A DNA stretch of 64,000 nucleotides, from contig OZ024743.1 in the NCBI GenBank assembly GCA_964016885.1, forward strand, positions 50,964,001 to 51,028,000, in the 5' to 3' direction. Positions 1 to 11,283 of the stretch are shown one piece after another (the stretch's first letter is position 1; each line of letters opens with the position of its first letter). The position numbers were made by a program, and so were the translations under genes. The stretch is from Eledone cirrhosa (taxonomy: Eukaryota). The notes beneath the pieces are model-generated. The model ran no database searches, had not been told where the DNA came from, and worked only from the letters and a program-made list of their open reading frames with translations.

Positions 1-117
1 TCACTTTAAATGAGGTTGGTGTTAGGAAGGGCATCCAGCTGTAGAAATCGAGCCAGAATCAGTTCCCGTCCCACCCTTGCAAGCAAGGAAAAGCGGACGT
101 AAAATGATGATGATGAT
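1..117 (+). mobile_element. 3' tail of RTE-clade LINE (or SINE sharing that tail), ending in (GAT)n
   Basis: Contains GGTTGGTGTTAGGAAGGGCATCCAGCTGTAGAAA...GGACGTAAAATGATGATGATGAT. The same motif recurs at 10.66-10.82 kb, 12.59-12.74 kb (downstream of an RTE ORF C-terminus) and inverted at 3.6 and 20.8 kb. Confidence 0.7.
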
Positions 118-183
118 ATCATTACTGAAAATGCAAACAGTGTTAACAAGTACATTCAACTCCTTTATTGCTATTATTATTAT

Positions 184-340
184 GGGTGATTATGCAGCAT
201 AGAGTTACGGCCTTTTATAGTCTGAGTTCAAATCCCGCCGAGGTTAACTTTGCCTTTCATCTTTACGAGGTCGATAAAATAAAGTACCAGTAATGTACTG
301 GGTAATTGCTGGCCTTGTTCCAAAAGTAGAAACAATTATT
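184..340 (+). mobile_element. tRNA-derived SINE (family B), partial head
   Basis: B-box GAGTTCAAATCC followed by GCCGAGGTTAACTTTGCCTTTCATC...GTCGATAAAATAAAGTACCAG. Highly similar to the inverted copy at 22737-22920, which has a TSD. Confidence 0.75.
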
Positions 341-342
341 AT

Positions 343-568
343 GGGTGATCAATTGGCAAAATTGTTAGACTGACAGATAAAATGTCATTGTGGTATTTTG
401 TTGAGGCTCTTTCTGTTGTGAGTTCAAATCCCAGCAAAATCAACTTTCCCTTTTATCCTTCTGGAGTCAATAAAATAAAGTAGTAGTAATGCACTGTAGT
501 TGATGTAATTGATTTCCTTCTTCCCATCAAATTGCTGACCTTGTGCCAAAAGTAAAAATAATTATTAT
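343..568 (+). mobile_element. tRNA-derived SINE (family B), second adjacent, more diverged copy
   Basis: A-box-like TGGCAAAATTG, B-box GAGTTCAAATCC, same core and 3' end (...CCTTGTGCCAAAAGTAAAAATAATTATT). Confidence 0.7.
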
Positions 569-570
569 TA

Positions 571-1131
571 CAGGGTTGCTCAGTTCTTCAAGGACACATC
601 TTTTAATAGCTCTTTTTGTAACTTGTTCTGATTATCATTTCTTTTCAGATAAATGGTGACAGACATCAAGCTATATTTGTTGCCTTAAAGGTAGAGCATA
701 GTGATTTAGAGAGTGCTCACTTCCTGAAAATTACATGATTGGTTGTTGTCAAAGTTTACAATCTCCACCATCATGTCACCCAAATCATATGGTATCCTTG
801 CTCTCCAAACCTGAACCCATTGGACTACTATATAAGATAGTCGAAAGGGAAATCAATCAATGTCCCCATAACACTATAAAATCTTTGAAGTCGGCCATAA
901 CTAGCACAATGTCCAAAATAGATAGAGATCATCTGATTCGAACATGTCATCATTTCAGACCTCATATTGAAGTAGTCATTGATGCTAGTGGCAAATTCAT
1001 TAAGTAGATGCATCAAGAAAAGTCTCAGGTTTATTCATATCAATTTTTTTCTTAAATAAAGCTCTTCTTTCATATCTGATGCATCTTTTACTAACATTAT
1101 ACAAACGTCTTCAAAGAAGTGAGCAGCCCTG
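571..1131 (+). mobile_element. Internally deleted Tc1/mariner-superfamily DNA transposon
   Basis: Imperfect TIRs: TA|CAGGGTTGCTCAGTTCTTCAAGGAC at 571 versus reverse complement of GTCTTCAAAGAAGTGAGCAGCCCTG ending 1131. Transposase C-terminal remnant in ORF 735-1007 (VEREINQCPHNTIKSLKSAITSTMSKIDRDHLIRTCHHFRPHIEVVIDASGKFIK), preceded by a frameshifted SPNLNPLDYY (the SPDLNP motif). Confidence 0.85.
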
Positions 1132-1140
1132 CAATATATG

Positions 1141-1210
1141 TTGTTAGTTCCAAGTCAGCCATATTGTTTAGTTCCAAGTCGGCCATATTGTTTAGTTCCA
1201 AGTCAGCCAT
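1141..1210. repeat. 24-bp tandem repeat, about 3 copies
   Basis: AGTTCCAAGTCAGCCAT at 1146, 1170 (one substitution) and 1194. Confidence 0.9.
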
Positions 1211-2081
1211 GGCTGTAACAAGACCAAAACATCTCCTTTTGTCCATTCCTGTCTCCTTACTCTATATTTACAATTGTATTTTCATTGTAAAGGCTTTACC
1301 TCACATAATATCAAATCTATGAGATTTTGATATTATTTATTTTGAGAACAATACCTTAATGTCAGTATGAGTGGCCAGTTTCAACTGGTTTGAACATAAT
1401 GAGGTGAGAGAATTCTGGCCAGATATGGCCAGTTTAAATGCTAAATCTTTATTGTTTATGTTGTTCAACAATTTCAATTAACTGGTCTTCTTGGTGTCAT
1501 TTCCTTTGCACCCTAGAGGGAGTTTTTCTCAACTAATTGTTTGGATTTCAGTTGATTGAATTCATATATTACACATGTGAATTCAGATGCCACTGAACCA
1601 AAATATATATAATTAGTTTGAGTGAGTATAATACATCAGTAAAAATGTATATAGAAGTAGAAATGGTTCAATGCCTTTCTATAGAACGAAGGTGACGGCA
1701 GTATTAAGGAGAGGGGTTGTCAGGTGTAACAGGTGTGGGGGATGATTAAGGTAGGGTGGTTGGCATATTATCAATCATGTGTAACAGGTGTGTGGGGGGG
1801 TATATGCGAGTGAAAGGGAGGGTGTGTGTATGTGAGTGAGAGAGTATATGCATGTGTGTAAGGCTAATTTATTAATTATCCTGTTGTGTGTGTATGTATA
1901 TATGTATGTATGTGTGGGAGGTGATGTAGTGTGTGTGTGTGTGTAAAGTTTAATAAAACAGTATCTGATCATGTGCTTTGTAGTTATTTTTGAGCCATCG
2001 TGGCTAAGGTCATACTGCAGTCTAATTACTGAAACCAGTAAAAGTGTATATATACACACACATGTGTATATATATATATAT

Positions 2082-2845
2082 ATACTTAAAGGTATAAATT
2101 TAATTATTACCCAAACTAGCTATGCGTGGTTACACGCTTGTAAAAATTATCTCCTGTGATTATTCATGTATATTTATATGTTAATCAATTTCTAGTTATT
2201 ATAAAATGCTCGGATATATCTTTGAGCTTATTTCCAGGCGATATGGCGCATGCCGTTATGGCATGACACCCACAATTTCGATTTAGATTAAATTCATTTA
2301 ATTTATCTTAATTTTGGATATAGATATATATATACGGCTCCTTAATTGTAGAGCTATTTCTGTTGAAGGGAATTTGACTGCTATTTCTAGTTGTCGAATA
2401 CCTATTCACACCACTAAAACGAAGCTGCTGTGATGTGTAGACACAACACATGGTAGCGGCCAGATGAGGATTTGAACTCGTTGTGTGAGCATGGATAGCT
2501 GGACATTATTCTTCCTTGTTGACAATCCAATAATATCCACTTTCCGTGACTTAACATCTGATTAATTGGTGAAATATATTTCTTTAATGGGATATATACA
2601 AGGAAGGTTAATCATACTTAAAGGTATAAATTTAATTATTACCCAAACTAGCTATGCGTGGTTACACGCTTGTAAAAATTATCTCCTGTGATTATCCATG
2701 TATATTTATATGTTAATCAATTTCTAGTTATTATAAAATGCTCGGATATATCTTTGAGCTTATTTCCAGGCGATATGGCGCATGCCATTATGCATGACAC
2801 CCACAATTTAGATTTAGATTAAATTCATTTAATTTATCTTAATTT
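2082..2845. repeat. ~232-bp near-identical direct repeats (2082-2314 and 2614-2845) separated by ~300 bp, flanked by (TA)n
   Basis: ATACTTAAAGGTATAAATTT...AATTTATCTTAATTT occurs twice with only a few substitutions and one 1-bp indel. Confidence 0.9.
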
Positions 2846-2904
<59 letters not shown>

Positions 2905-2968
2905 TCAAAATTGGGATAAGTAAGTGACATAAAATACACTTTCATCAAATCCCTACCAATGGTTTCAT

Positions 2969-3269
2969 GTGAAGGCTTAGTGGTTAGAGCATTGGGCTTG
3001 CAATGGAAAGGTTGTGAGTTCAATTCTCGGACCGGGTGATGTGTTGTTTCCTTGAGCAAGACACTTTATTTCACGTTGCTCCAGTTTACTCAGCTGTAGA
3101 AATGAGATGATATCCCTATCATTAAATTACCCAAAACACCTCCAGCGAGATATACCTTGGAGGAGGCCAGCTAAACCTGCATAGGTGTGAGCTGTCACAC
3201 ACACACTCACACACATAGGTGTGAGCTGTCACACACACACTCACACACATAGGTGTGAGCTGTCACACA
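2969..3269 (+). mobile_element. tRNA-derived SINE (family A) with triplicated tail
   Basis: A-box GGCTTAGTGG, B-box GAGTTCAATTC, CORE-like CCTTGAGCAAGACACTT. Tail ATAGGTGTGAGCTGTC(AC)n occurs 3 times. 12-bp TSD CAATGGTTTCAT (2957-2968 / 3270-3281). Confidence 0.9.
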
Positions 3270-3387
3270 CAATGGTTTCATTTGTAAAAAGCAATTTTTC
3301 GTAAAATAACGAAAATTGGGAGAGTATGAAATCATGAGACATTCTCAGTAAAGGAAATAATTTCAAATGATAGTTTGTTTATATATA

Positions 3388-3426
<39 letters not shown>

Positions 3427-3584
3427 CTGCTATTAACTAAATGTGTGCACTCTGAACAGCGGGTTGCAGTTGCATTACTGCAAATCGGCAGTCATTGAGT
3501 GAGCTAGACGTTGGCCGGAGAACGTTGACTTAATACTAGTGATTTTTGTTACATTTATATTATATATATATATATATATATATA

Positions 3585-3850
3585 TCATCATCATCATCAT
3601 CATCACCGTTTTACGTCCATTCTTCCATGCTAGCATGGGTTAGACGGGTTGTCCTGTTGTGAGCAGTGTCTGGTCAGCTGACCATGCCTTGCTCATACAG
3701 GAACTGATTTTGGCTTGATTTCTACAGCTGGATGCCCTTCCTAACACCAACCTCATTTACAGTGAGTGCTAGGTGCTTTTTTTCCGTGGGGCCTACACAT
3801 CCACTTTACAGTGTGGGCTGGGTGCTTTTTTGCCATAGCACCTCCACGAC
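3585..3850 (-). mobile_element. RTE-type 3' tail element, inverted, inserted in (TA)n
   Basis: (CAT)n-CCGTTTTACGTCCATTCTTCCATGCTAGCATGGGTT...TCTACAGCTGGATGCCCTTCCTAACACCAACC is the reverse complement of the tail motif at 1-117. Confidence 0.7.
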
Positions 3851-3857
3851 CACTTTG

Positions 3858-4012
3858 CAGTCCTATCATCTCATTCCTACAGCTGAGTAAACTGGAGCAA
3901 CATGAAATAAAGTGCCTTGCTCAAGGAAACAACACATCACCCGGTCCAAGAATTGAACTCACAACCTTTCGATTGCAAGCCCAATGCTCTAACCACTAAG
4001 CCATGCACCTTC
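3858..4012 (-). mobile_element. SINE family A, 5' half
   Basis: Reverse complement of the head and core of 2969-3269 (...AACCACTAAGCCATGCACCTTCA). Confidence 0.85.
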
Positions 4013-4112
4013 AAATATATATATATGTTCAGAAGAGATTGTTTTGGTAAAAATCAGGAGTAAGCAGGAGAAAGCTCTCAACAATCGTAGTTTTTAGTTA
4101 CGATGGAGATTT

Positions 4113-4490
4113 TTATAAAAATAACAAAATAAGATGCTGAGGTTACATATATCGTTTACTCATTATAATTATTTCCATGGTTCTCCATGCAATCAAGATG
4201 TCCTTCATGCATTTGCTGTTGTTATGAGAACTGTATCCTCAGATGATAACCGATATGTTTGATATGTCGCTGGCAGGAAAAAACTCATGTCCTATTGTTG
4301 TTCCTTGAAGGGTTTGCCAGCCATCGTTTTGCTAGAAAAAGCTAACATATCGGATATCATCTGAGGATACCGTTCTCATAACAACAACAAATGCATGAAG
4401 GACATCTCGATTGCATGGAGAACCGTGGAAATAATTATAATGATTAAACGATCTATGTAACCACAGCATCTTATTTTGTTATTGTTATAA
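4113..4490. repeat. Long fold-back inverted repeat (147-bp arms, 84-bp spacer), probable MITE
   Basis: 4113-4259 is the reverse complement of 4344-4490 with scattered mismatches. Both outer ends read TTATAA. Confidence 0.85.
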
Positions 4491-4629
4491 TCGGAACATT
4501 AAGTTGATTGAAATTCTCAGAAAATGTAGAAAATAACTGTAAGAAAATGTAGAAAATAACTGTAAGCACAGTCAATTGCTATAAATAATTGTTTAGAAAA
4601 TTGAGTAATATACCTTGTTGATGGTATTA

Positions 4630-5290
4630 GCACATGTACCCTCAATCTAGTTCTCAGGGAATTTCAGTGGCACAGTTTGTGGCAAAACTAGTCCTTTCAA
4701 TAACATGTACAATTAGTCCTTTCAATAACATGTAGAACTAGACCTTTCAATAACATGTATAATTAGTCCTTTCAATAACATGTAGAACTAGACCTTTCAA
4801 TAACATGTACAATTAGTCCTTTCAATAACATGTAGAACTAGTCCTTTCAATAACATGTAGAACTAGACCTTTCAATAACATGTACAATTAGTCCTTTCAA
4901 TAACATGTAGAACTAGTCCTTTCAATAACATGTAGAACTAGTCCTTTCAATAACATGTAGAACTAGACCTTTCAATAACATGTACAATTAGTCCTTTCAA
5001 TAACATGTAGAACTAGTCCTTTCAATAACATGTAGAACTAGTCCTTTCAATAACATGTAGAACTAGTCCTTTCAATAACATGTAGAACTAGTCCTTTCAA
5101 TAACATGTAGAACTAGTCCTTTCAATAACATGTACAACTCATTTTTGCCTACTAAGTGAACTGTAGCAGCATGAGATAAAGTATCTCAGTCAAGGACACA
5201 ATGTGCTGTGAAAAGGGAAGAACTCCAACTGATGGCCTTACAATCTAACAATGAACACCCTCTCACCACTAAGCCACGGGCCTTCATTCA
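4630..5290 (-). mobile_element. Degenerate SINE (core related to family A) interrupted by a 25-bp minisatellite
   Basis: 3' side reads ...GATAAAGTATCTCAGTCAAGGACACAA...CACCACTAAGCCACGGGCCTTCA (reverse complement of SINE core and A-box). The 5' side resembles the degenerate copy at 8590-8755. Confidence 0.6.
4686..5138. repeat. 25-bp minisatellite, about 18 copies
   Basis: Unit AACTAGTCCTTTCAATAACATGTAG with variants AATTAG, GACCTT and TGTAC. Confidence 0.95.
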
Positions 5291-5379
5291 CAAGGCCATA
5301 TTCTTAGTGGGTTTTTTTTATTAAGATGAGCTGATTGTGTTGACAGAATGGATGTGGGTTTTCTTTGGTTTTCCAATGT

Positions 5380-5590
5380 GTATGTGTAGGTACAAGTGTA
5401 CATGTGTGGGAGTTATGTGTTTAGGTGTATGTGTGTGTGTGTAGGTACAAGTGTACATGTGTGGGAGTTATGTGTTTAGGTGTGTGAGTGAGGTATATGT
5501 GTGTGTAGGTACAAGTGTACATGTATGGGAGTTATGTGTTTAGATGTCTGTGGGAGGTAGATGTGTTGAGATGTGTGTGTGTGTAGATGT
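5380..5590. repeat. GT-rich imperfect tandem repeat, 3 copies
   Basis: GTGTAGGTACAAGTGTACATGTGTGGGAGTTATGTGTTTAG occurs three times (third copy diverged). Confidence 0.85.
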
Positions 5591-5949
5591 GTGGTTCATT
5601 GGAACTAATCAGTTGGTTATTGCATTATGTCAGAAACTAATCAAACGTGTGTGAAGGTGTATTTTAGCTACATTCCTTCATGTTTCTATTTTATTGATCT
5701 CATGTTTTGCCTACCTTGTTACATATAGACAGGCACACACAGACACAGTGCCTATATATATATATACACGCATGTAACTATTTATTTATTTATTTATATT
5801 TGATATTAAAATAATAATAATAATAATGAAATATTGTGTACAGTGCTCAGGTGCACTACAACTATTGAATGTCTCAGTCAAGATAGTGATCAGGTTTAAT
5901 TGTTCTCTGGCTGACTAATGAAATAGACTTGACCTGACATGCAGTCACA

Positions 5950-6130
5950 GTTACTCAGTAGTGATTCAAGGATCACAGTTAATCGGTAGATCAGAATTAC
6001 TCAGCAGTGATCAATGGATCAGTGTTATTCAGTAGAGGTCAGTGGATCAGAGTTACTCAGTAGAGGTCAGTGGATCAGAGTTGCTCAATAGAGGTCAGTG
6101 GATCAGTTACTCAGTAGAGGTCAGTGGATT
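5950..6130. repeat. ~28-bp imperfect minisatellite
   Basis: CAGAGTTACTCAGTAGAGGTCAGTGGAT-like units; AGAGGTC at 6034, 6062, 6090 and 6116. Confidence 0.8.
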
Positions 6131-6135
6131 ATAGT

Positions 6136-6588
6136 TCCTTTTCTTTTTCTTCGCCCACTTATTCCTCAGAGAGTCGTGGGGAGCAGAGTCCTCAAACACT
6201 CCTTCCAGCAGGTACTGTTGGAAGCAACCGTCTCCAATTGATCCGGCTGGATCCCCAAGTGAGACCAGCAAAATTCACGGATGTTATCCAACCATCTTTA
6301 CTTGGGGTCTACCCCTGGGTCTCCTACCAGTTGGTTTTGTTCATATAATCTGTCCAGAATTTCTTTCCAGAGACATCCTAACCACATGCCCTTGGTACCA
6401 GGGCTGTGATCGCTAGATTCAGAGAAGTAATGACTCTACCTGGAATGACTCTCTAATCTCCGAGCTACACACTCTATCAAGTAACGTTACTCCAAAGTCC
6501 CTTTGAGAGAACTCTATTTTGGCTGATTGCATTCACGATAGTATTCTTTCAGTCATTACTCAAGATTCATGACCATAGGTAAGGGTTG
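6136..6588 (-). pseudogene. 5'-truncated RTE-clade LINE, ORF C-terminal remnant
   Basis: Minus strand translates TLTYGHES*VMTERILS*MQSAKIEFSQRDFGVTLLDRVCSSEIRESFQVESLLL*I*RSQPWYQGHVVRMS, which matches the RTE post-RT motif (PxLxYGxExW...LRWxGHVxRM). In-frame stops present. Confidence 0.8.
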
Positions 6589-6823
6589 TAGTTATTAATA
6601 AGAGCTGAAATTAATGTATGCAATATTCCACAGCTCTAGCATGAATCCTTCATAGCCTATGAACTTTTCAGCCTACCCTTGTTTAGGACTACATGATCTA
6701 ATGTGTCGGGTCTTTGTTTTTTACTGGTCAGTAAGACAAGGGAAGTGTCCATCACCTTTTTTCATAGCCATTAAGGATGCTGGAAAGGAGAAAAGTATCT
6801 TCAAGGCTGACCCAAATGTAGCA

Positions 6824-6961
6824 TTTATTACTGGCATGATGGTCAAGTCAGATCAGGTCAGGTCATGTGTGGTGATGTTAAACCAGGCCATGTTTATTAC
6901 TGGCATGACGGTCAAGTCAGGTCAGGTCAGGTCATGTGTGGTGATGTTAAACCAGGCCATG
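6824..6961. repeat. 69-bp tandem duplication
   Basis: TTTATTACTGGCATGA...GTTAAACCAGGCCATG occurs twice. Confidence 0.9.
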
Positions 6962-7558
6962 AATTAGGTTTACTACCCAATTTAGTTCTACTGGCTAACT
7001 TAATGTAGATTTGGCTGTTATTTCTAGCAGGTTAAATGACCTCTTAGAAGGTCCCTCATTGGCTGGGTTTGTCACCTAATTGCCAGAGAAGACCTATGAA
7101 ATAACTACATTACAAAGGTCAGTGTATCTGTCATATAATGTTGGTTCAGAGGTCATTATATGGGTCATGTGTTAATGGTTATTGTTATATTGGCAATGTA
7201 GTGTTTTTGACTGTTACAGAGGTCATTATATGGGTCGTGTGTTGGTGGTTATTGATGTTATATTGGCAATGTAGTGTTTTTGACTGTTGCAGAGGCCATT
7301 GTATCAGCCATGTAATGTTATCGAGGTCGGTTTATGGGCCATGTAGTGGTTTTGGCTACATTACAAAGGTCAATATATTGACCGCACAGTGTTAAAAGAG
7401 ATAAACTATAAATTGTCAACTTTAGCTGACATAAACTCTAATTAAATCAAGTCCCTTATTCTCTCTCTCTGACATAGTTTCAGGATTAGATTTCCAACTA
7501 ACTTGTAAATATATTGTGTTGTATTACATTATATTATACATTGCATTGTATATAGATG

Positions 7559-7810
7559 TGAAGGCGTATGGCTTAGTGGTTAGAGCATTGGGCTTGCAAT
7601 CAAAAGGTTGTGAGTTCAATTCTCGGACCAGGTGATATATTGTTTCCTTGAGCAAGACACTTTATTTCACGTTGCTCCAGTTTACTCAGCTGTAGAAATG
7701 AGATGATAGGACTGGGGTCCCTATCATTAATATCACCCAAGACACCTCCAACAAGATATACCTTGGAGGAGGCCAGTTAAACCTGCATAGGTGTGAGCTG
7801 TCACACACAC
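7559..7810 (+). mobile_element. SINE family A, full length
   Basis: A-box TGGCTTAGTGG, B-box GAGTTCAATTC, (CA)n tail, TSD ATATAGATG (7550-7558 / 7811-7819). Confidence 0.9.
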
Positions 7811-7818
7811 ATATAGAT

Positions 7819-7945
7819 GCAGGCATGGCTGTGTTTAAGGAGTTCATTTGCAACCACATACTTTTGGGTTCAATCCTACTGTGTAGCACTTTTGGCAAGT
7901 GTCTTCTACTATAGCCTTGGGTTAACCACTGACTTGTGAGTGATA
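7819..7945 (+). mobile_element. Degenerate tRNA-derived SINE (family C)
   Basis: A-box-like TGGCTGTGT, B-box GGTTCAATCC, CORE-like TTGGCAAGTGTCTT. Confidence 0.6.
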
Positions 7946-7964
7946 TTATATATATGATTATATA

Positions 7965-7998
<34 letters not shown>

Positions 7999-9099
7999 TG
8001 TGTCCACATCTATACTGATGTTTACTGTTTTAATTCCCATAACTTTGTTGTTTGACAAAAAGGCTCGATAAAATAAGTTCCAGACTTGAAAAGATAGTTA
8101 CTACGATTGATATAACTGACTAAACCTCTTGAAGACAGTTGCCAAGCCTCAGCCTAATGACAGAGAAGGTTGATGTTACTGTTTGTTTAGAGGACAAACC
8201 TATAACTTTCTATTGGCAATATATGCTAAACAAATAACCTATTGACTTACAACATATTGTGGTGAACACAATAACTTAAATTAATCAAGACTATATATGT
8301 ATAGTTAAGAGGTAAACATTGTTGAACAATGATTAATTTAATGACAAGGGAGAGAATTTTAAATCAAAGTGGAAAAAATGTTTAATGAGTTGCTGCACCA
8401 ATTATTGAAATAGGCAATGTAGTGAAATTGTCCTGCCTTTCACATGGACAACAGTCCTTCCTCCTATATTCTCTTACCAACCCTGCTGTTGCTGGACCTC
8501 CATTGGTTTTGATAACAAGTGTACCAGTTGTTCAGTTAACTGATAAGCCTGCTCATGACGTTAACAATGTAAATATCTGAGGGTTCCACAGATATGTCTA
8601 TCCTATAGTTCTGAGAGAGATGCAGCATGACTCAGTGTGTGATAAAACTGGAGCAATGTGAAATAATGTCTTGCTCTAGGAAACTATGCACTGTTGGGAG
8701 TTGAACTCACAACCTTACTGTCATCAAACAGCCTAGCCACTAAGCCACATGCTTCAGTGTATACAACTCCTATGGTAAACCATCCTTTATGCATCATACC
8801 AACATCTCCATCACAACTGCAAATGATGTTTATTTTTTTAATGTTTGCAAATTGTAGTGGTCAGGAAAACAAGAAGCTATAGGCAAGATGTGTGAGGAAA
8901 GAAACTATCAAAATAGAATTTGCAATTCTGGAAGGTTCTGGAAGTCAAATTCTAGAAAGTTCTGTGATGTTCCACACAAACTAGGGGAATATCACTTTAA
9001 CTGCTTTGTTACCGTATATATAATAAAAGACATTGCCTAAGGTTTTTAAATAATTTTGAAAATAACCAACAATTTGAAGGGATTTAGTAATATCAGATA

Positions 9100-10069
9100 T
9101 GTTTCTTTATTAGCCACAGGGGCACAAAAGAAGGGGACAAATACAAAGGGGGAAGTTTACATACAATAAAAACGTGTAAAATACTATCACAAATACAATT
9201 TAAAAGTTAATCGATTTTCCCCAATAGGGGAAGACATTACATATGGGTAACACATACCCCCGAAAAAAATGTGCAACCCTCATCTCCAGGAGTACGAAGA
9301 GTTTGTACCCCTTTCCTCTCCTCCTCTTTTTCCTCAACCTACAGGCTGATATAGAGAGAAGGCCCATTCACTCGGGCCATTCTCGCCACTTTCACCCACC
9401 TTTCATAAAACTTGCTGGGGTACAGCACCTCTCTCTCCATCCTGATTCTTCTTCTAAAGTGGTATTTGAAAAAAAGAATCAGTTGTTGGTCGGGGAGAGG
9501 AGAGAAAGGTGTCTGACCTCAGCCCTTTCAACCTTGTCAACCATACAACCTCTTTCGCCATAGCTATCACACAAAGGAAAACCGCCTCTCCTTCGTTTTT
9601 GAAGGAGGGTGGCGGTTTGATCATGACAATGGACTCGGTGGTCAACCGGATTGGTCCCACCCGCGACAATAATTGTTCTACATAGCCCCACAGGTCTGTA
9701 ACGCCCGGGCAGTGTATGAATGCGTGCGTGACGGTTTCTTCGTCTCGCACGCACCTTGGACAGATCTTTTTTGCAGGGTCCCTGCCCGGGCACCCATGTC
9801 TGTAGAGCTTGTCTCGAACTGGTAGAGCTCCTCGGTAGCACTGCCAGGCCAGGGACTTTTGAAAGTTGTCCATCAGTCCCAGGCAGAAGGTCCTACCGAA
9901 CAGACTGGCCAGTTCGTCTTCCTCTACGCCTAGAGTTTCACCAAGCGCGTCATCGCACTTGCTGTGGATCAACCCTCTATAGAATGACGAAGTGGAGTCT
10001 CCACTGATCGCCGGGTCCGCCTGCCAGAGGGCTGTGAGCGCCTGAGCACATTCGATGTGCCAGTCGCCC
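9100..10069 (-). mobile_element. 5'-truncated L1/Tx1-clade LINE (ORF2 C-terminus with zinc-binding zf-RVT region, plus 3' UTR)
   Basis: ORF 9454-10071 contains ALPVRDKL...CPRC...ETVTHAFIHC. A frameshift near 9490 is followed by FKYHFRRRIRMEREVL...ERWVKVARMA. 3' end AATAAAGAAAC. 18-bp TSD ATTTAGTAATATCAGATA (9082-9099 / 10070-10087). Confidence 0.9.
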
Positions 10070-10654
10070 ATTTAGTAATATCAGATAATTATGTAATATA
10101 AAGCCTTTACCACAAAAATACAATAGTATATATAGAGTAATGTAAATGCTAATGGGTTAAATAAAAATAAACACCATAATATAAACAGTTTTGCAGAATC
10201 GGTGGGGGGGGGGGGGGTCAGGTGGTTTTGTTTTGACTAGAATTCCTTACTAAGCTGGTGACTTCCTCTATCTCCCTCCCTCCTCTCTCTGTGCCACAAC
10301 AAGACATAAGGTCTAGTAAACAATACAAAACATACCATTGTGAGAGGATGGTCTTGTAGTGGTACATTGTTGCCTCTAACTACATCAAACAACTTATTTT
10401 CCTAGCTCTTTATCTTTTATATTTTATGCATTTATTTGACTTTTTTATTTCTAATTACATTGTAACATTTGCTTTCGACCTCTGGTGTTTGTTTGACTTA
10501 TAAGCCTCATTCTGGCATTCAGATTTACAAGCCTCATTCTCGAGTCTGTCTGAATTACAAGCTTTATTCTGATATCTACTATAGTTTTGAAACATCTGTA
10601 GTATATACTTGTAAATATCAATCTATATTAAGTGATATCATGATAAAAAGCACC

Positions 10655-10825
10655 CAGTTCACACTGTAACATGGTTGGTGTTAGGAAGAGCATCTAGCCA
10701 TAGAAACCAAGCCAAAATACGGATTTTTATGAGCAAGACGTGGTCTCCTGACATGAATTATCTCATAACGCAAGAACCCGACTAACCCAAGCAAGCATAG
10801 AAAATGGATGTTAAATGATGATGAT
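10655..10825 (+). mobile_element. RTE-type 3' tail element
   Basis: TGGTTGGTGTTAGGAAGAGCATCTAGCC...GGATGTTAAATGATGATGAT. Confidence 0.65.
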
Positions 10826-11071
10826 TTTGGCATACCGACTCTCACATCATCATCATCACAGAGCTACCAACACCTAAAAACCCAAACGGGGAGTACCATG
10901 AAAAAAAGTGCCCCAAAACAGGGAGAAATGAGGCAAAATGGGGAGATTTTACATAATGAAAGCTATACCCATATTTGCAAGAGAAGACATCACTCACCCA
11001 CCCCATGCTGGCATGGTTTGGAGTGGTTTTCATAATGCCAACCACCTTTCAGAATATACTGGTTACGGTTT

Positions 11072-11283
11072 TGTGTGTGTGTGTATGTAACAGCTCACAC
11101 CTATGCAGGTTTAGCTGGCCTCCTCCCAGTCCTATCATCTCATTTCTACAGCTGAGTAAACTGGAGCAATGGGAAATAAAGTGTCTTGCTCAAGGAAACA
11201 ATACATCACCCGGTCCGAAAATTGAACTCACAACCTTTCGATTGCAAGCTCAATGCTCTAACCACTAAGCCATGCACCCTCAC
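11072..11283 (-). mobile_element. SINE family A with internal deletion
   Basis: Reverse complement of family A. About 50 bp between GGACTGGG and AGGAGGCC is missing. Confidence 0.85.

Noticed and set aside
2451-2480. TGGTAGCGG as a tRNA-Met primer-binding site of a TRIM
   Set aside because: It is about 135 bp from the repeat end rather than adjacent, the match is short, and it is next to a reversed B-box that suggests a SINE fragment.
2969-3060. tRNA gene (A/B boxes) in family-A heads
   Set aside because: No complete cloverleaf or poly-T terminator. The sequence continues into a SINE core and tail with TSDs.
6659-6800. SVRQGKCPSP resembling the LINE RT motif VRQGCPLSP
   Set aside because: Too short and degenerate to support a feature call without an alignment.
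8830-8900. Possible micro-exon (TTGTAG|TGGTCAGG...AAGATGT|GTGAGG)
   Set aside because: Weak splice signals, no recognisable protein and no partner exons; it cannot be distinguished from chance.
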